NCBI GenBank assembly: GCA_964188305.1
Contig: OZ076903.1
Length of the DNA: 64,000 bases
Source: Podarcis bocagei
Lineage: Eukaryota
Direction: 5' to 3' (one strand)
Shown: in pieces, positions 11,481-22,094 of the stretch
Layout: the number at the start of each line of letters is the position of its first letter
Position numbering within the stretch: position 1 is the first letter of the stretch
Made by a program: the position numbers and the translations under genes
Notes under the pieces: model-generated
Databases searched by the model: none
What the model saw: the letters and a program-made list of their open reading frames with translations, nothing else
What the model was told of the DNA's origin: nothing

Positions 11481-12998
11481 TACATTTCAAATAATAATTA
11501 TATAGAATATATTAGTTTGCTGGCAGTTGTGCAGAGCATTTTGCGCGAATAAATGGCATTCCGTACTGGTTATTGGAGCTGCGTTTGAGAAAGCAGCTAT
11601 GAAATTGTTTTTAGAAGATTTAAGCAAAGATCTGAGAGTTTCCTTTCTCGCTTTGGAATTTCGCTGAGCTTTTTAGATGTGTAATTTCCTAAATGCTTGC
11701 ATTGTTTTATGTTGCTTTCATTCTCTCAAATGACTTGGCAATTGTTATATTTTGTGTTGGAATTAAGCATTCTATGAGGTTGTTCCAACAACATTACCGT
11801 TAATGCATGTCTGAGGTTGGCGAATTGGGACCATGGGGGTTTAAAAAACGTTTGAGAATAATTACTGGCAACAGTACTAGATTTTTACCTAGGGACATTC
11901 AGGTTCTATTTATATTGAGGGTACTTTCCATCCAAATCGGTCTTTCATTTGATTGGTAACATACCTCCACAGATAAAATAGAAAACGTATTGTTTAGCAA
12001 ATCATTGTGACTACAATTTGCAAGTTGCATCACAGTGTTCAGGCCTGAATGAGGAATGAGAATCTATATATTATTAAGAGCATTGGACTTGGACTAGCGA
12101 GTAGTGGGTTTAATGTCCATTCAGTCATGAATCTCACAGGCTCTTGGTTTAACCTACCTTTCAGGTAGTAAACTTTCGTTCTTTTACAAAGTGTATGTGC
12201 AAGGTTTTGTGTCAGCGTCATGTGTTGAGTATTGTGCTTTTAGATTATTATATTTTGCCGGAACAGCAGGATATAAAGTATTATTATAATAATGCCCTCC
12301 TTAGTTGGGGGAGAAGGCAAGCTTCTGTGTGAAAAAGGAGACAGAATTGCAATGAACAGTCAAGGTGTGTATATTTTTAAGGAAGAGCAAATATTAGAGA
12401 ATTACAATAAGCTTACAGGTGACCTTCCAAAAGAAGCCAAATCCTGCCCCTTAGAATAGTGACGTGTGTCAAATGTAAGACTTTCTTCTGTTTACTGGGG
12501 CCAAAATCCTGTGTTTTTCCTTGTTTTACAGCGATCTAGGCAAGACAGGTACAGGAGCCCTGAGAGAACAAACGTTGGCAACGCAAGTAGACAGAAGGGA
12601 GTCAGCCCATATTCAACTTCTGCATATCCAGCTGGCCCTGCCTACCTACCCCAATTTCCCCTGAACCATCTACTGGGGTTTCTCACTTCTTCCAGCCACC
12701 TCCCACTAGTAACTACCTCTTGCCCTCAGCCACCCTGTCCATTTGTGACATCACAGGAAGTTTGTAGTCCGTGGCAACTGCTTAGGGATGCATCTGCACA
12801 GCTTCCCATCCTGGTATTGGAAAGAGGAATGTCATGAACGCTACTTAGATGTATTTAGAAATACCTTGATTTAGAAATAGAAGATGGCTTGCTTAATAAT
12901 AATAATAATAATAATTTATTATTTGTACCCCGCCCATCTGGCTGGGTTTCCCCAGCCACTCTGGGCGGCTTCCACAGAAACCAAAAAACACTAAAATA

Positions 12999-15900
12999 TC
13001 ATACATTAAAAGCTTCCCTGAATAGGGCCGCCTTAAGATGTTTTCTGAATGTCAGGTAGTTGTCCATCACCTTGACATCCGATGGGAGGGCATTCCACAG
13101 GGCGGGCGCCACCACCGAAAAGGCCCTCTGCCTGGTTCCCTGTAGCTTCGCTTCTCGCAATGAGGGAACCGCCAGAAGGCCCTCGGCGCTGGACCTCAGT
13201 GTCCGGGCAGAACAATGGGGGTGGAGACGCTCCTTCAGGTATACTGGGCCGAAGCCGTTTAGGGCTTTAAAGGTCAACACCAACACTTTGAATTGTGCTC
13301 GGAAACGTACTGGGAGCCAATGTAGGTCTTTCAAGACCGGTGTTATGTGGTCTCGGCGGCCGCCCCCAGTCACCAGTCTAGCTGCCGCATTCTGGATTAG
13401 TTGTAGTTTCCGAGTCACCTTCAAAGGTAGCCCCACGTAGAGCGCATTGCAGTAGTCCAAGCGGGAGATAACTAGAGCATGCACCACTCTGGCCAGACAG
13501 TCAGCGGGCAGGTAGGGTCTCAGCCTGCGTACCAGGTGGAGTTGGTAGACAGCTGCCTTGGATACAGAATTGACCTGCGCCTCCATGGACAGCTGTGAGT
13601 CCAAAATGACTCCCAGGCTACGCACCTGGTCCTTCAGGGGCACAGTTACCCCATTCAGGACCAGGGAGTTCTCCACACCAGCCCGCCCCCTGTCCCCCAA
13701 AAACAGTACTTCTGTCTTGTCAGGATTCAACTTCAATCCATTAGCCGCCATCCATCCTCCAACCGCCTCCAGGCACTCACACAGGACCTTCACCGCCTTC
13801 ACTGGTTCTGATTTGAAAGAAAGGTAGAGCTGGGTATCATCTGCATATTGATGGACACCCAGTCCAAACCCCCTGATGATCTCTCCCAGCGGCTTCATAT
13901 AGATGTTAAAAAGCATGGGGGAGAGGACGGAACCCTGAGGCACCCCACAAGTGAGGGCCCAAGGGTCTGAACACTCATCCCCCACCACCACTTTCTGAAC
14001 ACGGCCCAGGAGAAAGGAGCGAAACCACTGTATAACAGTGCCCCCAGCTCCCAACCCCTCTAGACGGTCCAGAAGGATGTTATGGTCGATTGTATCAAAG
14101 GCCGCTGAGAGATCCAGCAGAACTAGGAAACAACTCTCACCTTTGTCCCTAGCTCGCCGGAGATCATCAACCAGTGCGACCAAGGCAGTTTCAGTCCCAT
14201 GATGAGGCCTGAACCCTGATTGGAAGGGATCCAAATGGTCCGCATCCTCCAGGCGTGCCTGGAGTTGTTCAGCAACCACACGCTCAATCACCTTGCCCAA
14301 GAATGGAAGATTTGAAACTGGGCGATAGTTGGCCATACTGGCCGGGTCTAAAGATGGTTTTTTAAGAAGCGGTTTAATGACCGCCTCTTTCAGCGGATCT
14401 GGGAATGTTCCCTCACAGAGGGAAGCATTCACCACCCCGCAGAGCCCATCGCCCAGCCCTTCCCGGCTAGCTTTTATAAGCCAGGATGGGCAAGGATCAA
14501 GGAGACAGGTGGTTGGTTTCACTCGTCCAAGCAGCCTGTCCACATCCTCGGGGGTAACGGATTGAAATTGATTCCATGCAACTTGACCAGACAGGGCTCT
14601 AGCACTCTCCCGCCCCAGCCCTGCTCCCACGGTGGTGTCTAGCTCCTTCCGAATATGAGTGATTTTATCTGCAAAAAACTTTGCAAAATCGTTGCAGGAG
14701 ATCTTGGGGTCTTTACAAGGCCCCGATGGTAAAGGTGGTTCCGTTAAATTGCGGACCACCTGAAAGAGTCTCCTGCTACTATTTTCTGCAGATGCAATAG
14801 AGGCGGCGAAGAAAGTCTTCTTTGCCGTCGCTATCGCCACTTGGTAGGCTCGACGTTGAGCTCTAACCTGTGTCCGGTCAGATTCGGAGTGAGTTTTCTG
14901 CCACCGACGCTCTAGCCGTCTCAGCGATTGTTTCATCGCCCTCAGCTCCGAAGAAAACCATGGGGCTGTCCGGGCTCCATGCAATCGGAGAGGGCGCTTC
15001 GGAGCCAGACAGTCGATAGCCCTGGTTAACTCCGCATTCCAGCGGGCCACCAGGGAATCAGCTGAAAGGCCATCAACACGGGATAAAGCATCCCCTACCA
15101 CTCTCTGGAAACCATTTGGATCCATTAAGTGGCGGGGGCGGACCATCCGAATTGGTCCCACCTCCCTGCAGAGGGGAAGGGTCGCGGAGAAGTCCAGTTG
15201 CACCAGGAAGTGATCTGACCATGGCACTTCTTTGGTTTCATTTTTACTTAGTGTCAGATCACCCACGTCGCTAGAGGTGAATACCAGGTCTAAGGCATGT
15301 CCATGACTATGAGTTGGGCCCAACTTATTCAGGGACAGCCCCATGGAGGCCATGCTTTCCACGAAGTCCCGAGCGGCCCCTTGTAAGGTCGTGTCGGCGT
15401 GGATGTTAAAATCCCCTAGGACAACCAAACTAGGTGTCTCCAGGAGAACATCCGCCACGACCTGAAGCAGCTCGGACAGGGAATCCTTGGTGCAGCGGGG
15501 AGGTCGGTACACCAAAAGGAATCCTGTACTGCCCCTATTGCCCAACTTCCAGAACATGCACTCAGAAAACTGGGTCTTCCCAGTAGGACGCCTGGTGCAG
15601 ACTAATGACTTCCTAAAAATCACTGCAACCCCCCCTCCCCGCCCACATGACCTGGGTTGCTGTGCGTAAGAGAAACCTGGTGGGCAAGCGGCAGCAAGGA
15701 CGGGCCCATCTGTCTCATTCAACCAGGTCTCTGTCACACAAGCCAGGTCAAATCCTCCATCCACAATCAGGTCGTGGATGGCAGTGGTTTTATTCACTAT
15801 TGACCTGGCATTACACAGCAACACCTTCAGGTTATGTGGGTTTCCCCTGTTGATTCCAGTATCCATCTGGTCAAGGCCAGACCCGGAGGCAGGGATAGTC

Positions 15901-16031
15901 TTCAAACAACGACTAAACCTGCCTCCTCGGTAATGACATGGTCTGGTCTTAGCGTAACTCCGCCTCCTGCCCATGATCACCGAGATCGGATGTCCCAGTG
16001 CTTCCCCCCCTGTGGAACTTGTCCCAGCCAT
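12999..16031 (-). CDS. LINE (L2/CR1 superclade) APE endonuclease-reverse transcriptase, ~1010 aa from the first ATG
   Basis: EN motifs NARS, VTETW, GDFN, LDLVF, SDH; RT motifs LDLSAAFDT, GVPQGSVLSP, YADDTQLY; L2-type C-terminus LDYCN..HITPVLKDLHWLP; no stop codons. Confidence 0.95.
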   Translation of the reverse strand: MAGTSSTGGEALGHPISVIMGRRRSYAKTRPCHYRGGRFSRCLKTIPASGSGLDQMDTGINRGNPHNLKVLLCNARSIVNKTTAIHDLIVDGGFDLACVTETWLNETDGPVLAAACPPGFSYAQQPRSCGRGGGVAVIFRKSLVCTRRPTGKTQFSECMFWKLGNRGSTGFLLVYRPPRCTKDSLSELLQVVADVLLETPSLVVLGDFNIHADTTLQGAARDFVESMASMGLSLNKLGPTHSHGHALDLVFTSSDVGDLTLSKNETKEVPWSDHFLVQLDFSATLPLCREVGPIRMVRPRHLMDPNGFQRVVGDALSRVDGLSADSLVARWNAELTRAIDCLAPKRPLRLHGARTAPWFSSELRAMKQSLRRLERRWQKTHSESDRTQVRAQRRAYQVAIATAKKTFFAASIASAENSSRRLFQVVRNLTEPPLPSGPCKDPKISCNDFAKFFADKITHIRKELDTTVGAGLGRESARALSGQVAWNQFQSVTPEDVDRLLGRVKPTTCLLDPCPSWLIKASREGLGDGLCGVVNASLCEGTFPDPLKEAVIKPLLKKPSLDPASMANYRPVSNLPFLGKVIERVVAEQLQARLEDADHLDPFQSGFRPHHGTETALVALVDDLRRARDKGESCFLVLLDLSAAFDTIDHNILLDRLEGLGAGGTVIQWFRSFLLGRVQKVVVGDECSDPWALTCGVPQGSVLSPMLFNIYMKPLGEIIRGFGLGVHQYADDTQLYLSFKSEPVKAVKVLCECLEAVGGWMAANGLKLNPDKTEVLFLGDRGRAGVENSLVLNGVTVPLKDQVRSLGVILDSQLSMEAQVNSVSKAAVYQLHLVRRLRPYLPADCLARVVHALVISRLDYCNALYVGLPLKVTRKLQLIQNAAARLVTGGGRRDHITPVLKDLHWLPVRFRAQFKVLVLTFKALNGFGPVYLKERLHPHCSARTLRSSAEGLLAVPSLREAKLQGTRQRAFSVVAPALWNALPSDVKVMDNYLTFRKHLKAALFREAFNV

Positions 16032-16321
16032 CGTGTTGGCTGGGGCCTCACTCCCAGGCAGCCCTGATCCCACCCCTTAAAAACAAAACACAAACTATAC
16101 AGAACCAATAAAAGAACAGAAAACAAAAACAGAACAATTACACTAAAATTAATCCCCAACCAAATATCCATTACACCCACCCACCCCCAGCAAGAGAAAA
16201 AAGGAAAAAAAGAAATACAAATTTAAATTGCCACCGACTGCTTGAGGACATTTTAAAACACATTGGAACAGGGAAGCAATTGCAGAACACTTCCCAGCTT
16301 CCCCAAAAGTTTGTTCCAAAT

Positions 16322-16904
16322 AAGGGCCTGGGCCATGCCCCCTGGGCCAGTTGGAGAAGGCCCTGGAAGGGAGCAGGCCCTGCAGTCCTCACCCAGCCGA
16401 TGGTCCGAGGCTTCCCTGCAGCAGGAGTCCCTTTATAGCCGGGAGAAAGGGCCTGGGCCACGCCCCCTGGGCCAGTTGGAGAAGGCCCTGGAAGGGAGCA
16501 GGCCCTGCAGTCCTCACCCAGCCGATGGTCCGAGGCTTCCCTGCAGCAGGAGTCCCTTTATAGCCGGGAGAAAGGGCCTGGGCCACGCCCCCTGGGCCAG
16601 TTGGAGAAGGCCCTGGAAGGGAGCAGGCCCTGCAGTCCTCACCCAGCCGATGGTCCGAGGCTTCCCTGCAGCAGGAGTCCCTTTATAGCCGGGAGAAAGG
16701 GCCTGGGCCACGCCCCCTGGGCCAGTTGGAGAAGGCCCTGGAAGGGAGCAGGCCCTGCAGTCCTCACCCAGCCGATGGTCCGAGGCTTCCCTGCAGCAGG
16801 AGTCCCTTTATAGCCGGGAGAAAGGGCCTGGGCCACGCCCCCTGGGCCAGTTGGAGAAGGCCCTGGAAGGGAGCAGGCCCTGCAGTCCTCACCCAGCCGA
16901 TGGT
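16322..16904 (-). repeat. Tandem array of ~4.7 x 125-bp near-identical units, each full unit with a GC box and TATAAA
   Basis: Units start at 16322, 16447, 16572, 16697 and 16822; TTTATA on the + strand at 16432, 16557, 16682 and 16807. Confidence 0.97.
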
Positions 16905-17779
16905 TAAGCTCTGCTGTCCCCTTCATTGCTGCTTTCGGGGAAAGCCTCGTTGGCTTGTGACATCCATGAAAGACAAACACAGATATGGTGAGGGGAATGA
17001 CCCTTGTTCAACAGTTATCATCCAAACACCTCCGTTGGCCAGCCTGCCAACCTCTGCTGGCTTCCACCCATGAATATCTACTGGTTCATTCGTCCAGAGC
17101 CTGGAGGGCAGCCTACACTGCTATCTGAACATGCAATTCCCAGGCATACTGTGTCTGGTGGATGACCTATGTCCACACTCTCCATTCATACTTACCCCAG
17201 CATCAGATGACAAATATCCACACAGCTTTTGTCAATGACCTTCTGAAGGTGAATTTCAACCAGCTTACGTGCACAAACTTCAGCCCTGCAGCATCCCGGG
17301 CTTCCACATGCTAATCACAGCTTCTGCCAGCTCCATCGCCAGCTTCCAACCATGGATATCTGCCGCTTTGAAGCCGCGGTCCTGCTCAGCAGGTACACTT
17401 GCCTTCTCATTCCTCCACAGCATCTCATTGACGGATGATGGCCTCCTTCCATTTGCCACTTCGCCTCCATGCGGAAGGAGATCACCAAGTACTGAATAAC
17501 ACAACTGTTGTCCACAGTGTCCTTTTCAAGCTTTGCCTTGGGCTTTCCCCTTGGGCCGCTTTTGTATATCCACTGAGCTGCCATGTGCTTATGTGACATC
17601 ACTGGGCGTCCACAGCCAATAACACCAGCTGGAGAGGCATCATGATCATCACCTCCTCAGGCTTCACAATGGTGGGTGCAGCTCAGCAGCCATTTGCCAT
17701 TTGCTTGTTTGCTATGTACAGCTCACTCCTTATTTATAATGACATCAGAAAAAGGCATGCCATAAATCCACCTTCCCAT

Positions 17780-18172
17780 TTTGATTCTCTCACAAGACTG
17801 AATGTATTCCCTCAGCTGTACTTGAGGGACGATTGCAACAGATTCCACACGAAAAACGTTTATGTCCCTGTGGAGATGGCAGCACTGAATTGGTGGTGCA
17901 TGCACTTTTGACTTGCACTCTTTATAAAGACTTGAGGAATGAGATTATCACCCCTCTTTTATTGTCCATTCCGGGTCACCCAACCACTGCCACAGTGTCC
18001 TTTCTCTTGGCAGATCAAGATGAGCAGGTGGAGGGTTTTTAGCTGGGGCAATCAGAATAAGATCCACTATTTGACTGTGTTTTATAGAATCAGCTTTTTA
18101 TTTCTGTTCTGTGTATATTGCAATGTTCTTTTGTTGCTATGGCTGACGCAAATAAAGTTTCACTCATTCAAT
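17780..18172 (+). mobile_element. RTE-X-like LINE 3' fragment
   Basis: RLNVFP..LEGRLQQIPHEKRLCPCG...HALLTC zinc knuckle; AATAAA and an ATTC-like tail. Confidence 0.6.
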
Positions 18173-21100
18173 CCATAGTGGGGGGTCATTTTTCATCCTG
18201 ATGGCTGCATTCCCTTGGGTCAGATTTTCCATGTATGGGAACCAACTCTTAAGGGCCAAGGTCCCTTCACCTCCCCCCAAAAAATTTTGATTAGTTGCAT
18301 CAGGTGTGCTTGAGACAACACTTTTTTGTGCAGTTGTGTGGGATTCTATTCAGGGGGTTGAATAATAGACTGGAGAAGCCAGTATAAGTTGCAATTTCAG
18401 CTGAAATAGGGGGAACCCCTTGAAGCATCTGCTGTATTGAGCTATTTAAGTTGCTTTTGTTTGATTTGCTCATTGCAAACAGCTAAAAGTCTGTTAATTT
18501 TGATAATAAGCCTAATTTACAATGGAGGTTGAATAATTTTGATTGCAACTGTATGGTTGTCAGTATGATTTGCACTTTTATCTATGAATATAAGTAATAC
18601 AGGTATCATTTTTTTATTCTCATGTAACAATTTCCCAGGGAGTAGTCATGTTAAACAGTTGAAGCAAAAAGAGAATTTTGGCATCTTAAAAATTAGCAAA
18701 TTTAAAATGGCATAAGATTATTTGATAACAATCCACAGACTCTTTAAGTTTTTTTATTCTCTACATTCAACCTGACAAGAGTTCTATATGACACAAAAGC
18801 TTCCATTCTTATCAGTAATATGTCAAAGTACATAATTTTGTTTCTTGTTCTATAAAAACAACATGATCACTCAGACACTGATCAGTTCAATTTTGCTTTC
18901 AACATCCTTTTCCTCTCAACTATTCCCATGTTGGTGACAGTGCAGTAGAAGCAGATGGAGGAAGCATTCAAGACTCAGGGTAGATGTAAATAAGAATAGA
19001 AAAATGCAAGGAGGATCTTGTTTAATCAAAGCGGCTATACAACCCTACTTTTGTTGGCACAATATTTTAGAATACAATACATTCCAAACCTTGCTGCATC
19101 AGTAGTATTTTTTTTTAACAACAACATCATCTACTGACTTTTCCCAAAACTATTTGTTCAAATTAACAAGGTTTTGCCTCCAGGCAAGAGCATCAGTAAA
19201 ACTGAAAAGCAGTTAAGTGAGTACTATTATATCTGTTCTCTTTTTAATCTACATTTGAATTCACTCAGGAGAAAGACAATTTGCTTTATTATTCAAAGCT
19301 GAATATAGTACAGTACTTTGTTTCTAAGCATTGTTCTTCAGCAGAAACTATTGATTGTTGTCTTTTTTTCCTTAAAAGTCAGAGGAGCACAAAGGGTTTC
19401 AACTGGTTAATGAAATGAGGCAGGCAATTTCCTCATGTCTTAAGTATCTATAAACTATTGGGGGGCATGTGGTTTGGAAAGACATGTTTCTACATAGGTT
19501 TGAGTCCTGATAGCAATACCTCCCTTTTTAGAAATGTATTTAATTCATTTATTATATGTTTATCCCTCCCATTCTTCAAGGAGCTCGGAGCACCATACAA
19601 AGTTCTTCCCTTCTCCGCTCCTTTTATATTTGCAACAACACACTGAGGTACATTATGCTGGTAGATGGGGACTGCCCTGGGGTTACCTCATGTCTTCCCA
19701 ACCCTAGTCCAACACTCTTTTTAACTACTTAAATCACACTAGTTAAGAAATTAGCTACTTGTTGCTCCATCCTGCAAGACCTGTGAGTTTTGGGGACAGG
19801 GCCACCATTAAATTCAGTGCCAACTCATGCCAATGTTCAGCTGCACATGGCTATGTGTAGGTTTTTTAAACATGCCAGCACAAACCTATGGCTTTGCAAT
19901 TTGTAATGTGTTCAAAATAGCATTTAAAATTTAATCTGGCACATAATGGCAGCTGCACCCAGCAGACTCACTCATGAGATTTCATGCAGAAAGTTGAAGC
20001 AGTTCCCACATATGCTCAGTGGCAACACTGGATACTATTACTTTTGAGGGAATAATTTGCTCATTCCATTTTATTTCACCCTTCTATCAATGAACCCAGA
20101 ACAGCGTTTTGGCTTCACAACAAGCCCGCGAAGCTAGCTAAAACTGAGAATGAGCTTCCTCTTTGAGCAGGGATTTGACTCCAGGTCGACTTGAACACAA
20201 GATTTATACAGGGTTCTCAAATTGTTTCATTTAGGTGGTATGTAGTGTGTCTGGATTTGTGGAGATGGCACATTCATTGCGTTAAATATTCCTATTGATT
20301 TTTAATTCCTGAAATTGTAATACAATAACATAATATATAAGAACTAAATGAAGCAATTTAAATGCAATTTAAAATTGCTCAGCACCTAGCACTGTGCGTT
20401 GCCACAATTGCCACAACAGGCCAAAAGAAAAAGAAGTGTTCAACGAAGGCCCCTCACTGATCTTCAAGTGGTCCAGAAGGAAAAATTCTGGGGGAACCAC
20501 TGATCTATAATAATTATCTTCATAGATGACACCAAAGTCCAGCTAATCAAGAATTCTGTTTCCAAAAGCAATCAAACAGCAGCCCAACAAAGCAGAATGT
20601 GAAAATGATATGCCGTTCCTCATTTTTTCTCTCAGCCTCTGGTATTCCAAGATATACTTCTTCTGTACATTTAAGTTCAGTTTTAGCCATCATGGCGAAT
20701 AGCTGTTCTCCTTCCAATCAGCCGGAGAAGGAACAGTTCCAGGGCACTTTCTTCCCTTTCCCTGCCAGAAAGAATATTCAAGACAGCAGAACTAAAGAGA
20801 ACCCTATTATGGCTCCATCCATCAGCCAGAGAACTAAGGGCTGCAGGGATGTGTGAGTTTGGGTAGTGCATTATTGCTGCCTACTGTAAGAATTTGCTTG
20901 AAAGGCGAGGCATAAATATTAAAAATTAATAAAATTGTATAAAAGAAAAAGGGACAGATCCTTGCTTACCTGAATGTAGGATCTGAACCCACAACCCCAT
21001 AGTAACTAAACGAAAGTACATTGGCTAATACTCTGCCACAGCAGAGTCAGAGGTACCAGATGCAAAGGGCGGCAGGATCCTGGTACCTTTCATATATTAC

Positions 21101-21655
21101 ATCTCTGAATACATTCCAGTCCTGGCGATTGTTTTCCTTACAACAACTCTGTCAGCAGTGTGGAAATCACAAAAATGTGGGCGCAACTTTTTCCATTGCT
21201 GACACCTGCCACATTTCCACCTCCTTCACAGTTGTTGATATACTTCTTCTGTACAACTAAGCCATCCCTCCAACTTGCATATATTTTCCATCAGCACTTC
21301 TTCACAATGGCATCTCTAGCCATGCTCCCAAATGCACAGTTCAAAACCCCAGTCGATGGAGGCTAAACCAAGATTATAAGCACGGATTTCCTAAGTCAGA
21401 ACGACTTCTGTATTCGAACAGACAGCAGCTATCAGGCCGGAGGTCTTGCCTTTGACTTCCTTCGCCTGAGGGAGTGGGTTTGAGCTGGGGGTGCTAGTGG
21501 AAAAGAACAAGGTTGTAGCCGGGATTCTGCCCCCCTCCCTTACAACTGTAATCCTACTTACCCTTCCTTTAGACAGAATGCATAAGGTGTAGAGGACCAA
21601 GCCATAAGCAAGCATTTTGCTTTAATAAGTATGGCTCGTATACGTATAGCTTGAT

Positions 21656-22094
21656 CCTGCATACACCCTACACACTGTGATAATTATTGTAATAATTACT
21701 GTGATTATAAATTATTTTATTATTATTAATTGTAACAAAATTCTATGCACCCTATGCACTGTGATAATTATTGCAATAATTACTGTGATTATTTTATTAA
21801 TTCATGACCATTAATTGTAACAATAATATCCTATGCACCCTAAGCACTGTGATAATTATTGTAATAATTACTGTGATTATTTATTATTGCTTTTTGCTTA
21901 TTCTATTATTAATTGTAACAATATCCTATGCACCCCACGCTCTGTGATAACTATTGCAAAAATTACTGTGATTATTAAGTATTCTATTAATTTATGACCA
22001 TTAATTGCAACAATAATATCCCATGCACCCCACGCACTGTAATAATTAAATATTTTATTAATTATTTCATTGCTAATTAAAACAATTACTAATT
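21656..22094. repeat. AT-rich minisatellite, ~5 x 85-95 bp, directly upstream of the PSIP1 CpG island
   Basis: Recurring CTATGCACCC..CACTGTGATAATTATTG(T/C)AATAATTACTGTGATTAT. Confidence 0.9.

Larger units (their letters stand above)
12894..16904 (-). mobile_element. Young, apparently full-length L2-clade LINE with a single ORF, 5' tandem units, 3' stem-loop and (TTA)n tail
   Basis: Intact EN+RT ORF; 3' hairpin TGGCTGGG-GAAA-CCCAGCCA; (TAA)n on the + strand at 12894-12916; TTAA at both junctions. Confidence 0.92.

Noticed and set aside
10999-11505. ORFs spanning N runs (also 42179-42776)
   Set aside because: Artefacts of translating through assembly gaps.
16322-16904. CRISPR-like array, or coding ORFs in the 125-bp repeats
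   Set aside because: There are no unique spacers, the context is eukaryotic, and the ORFs are frame-rotating products of the repeat.
16905-17650. Possible degraded retroelement next to the L2 5' end
   Set aside because: It looks repeat-like, but I could not assign diagnostic motifs without a library search.
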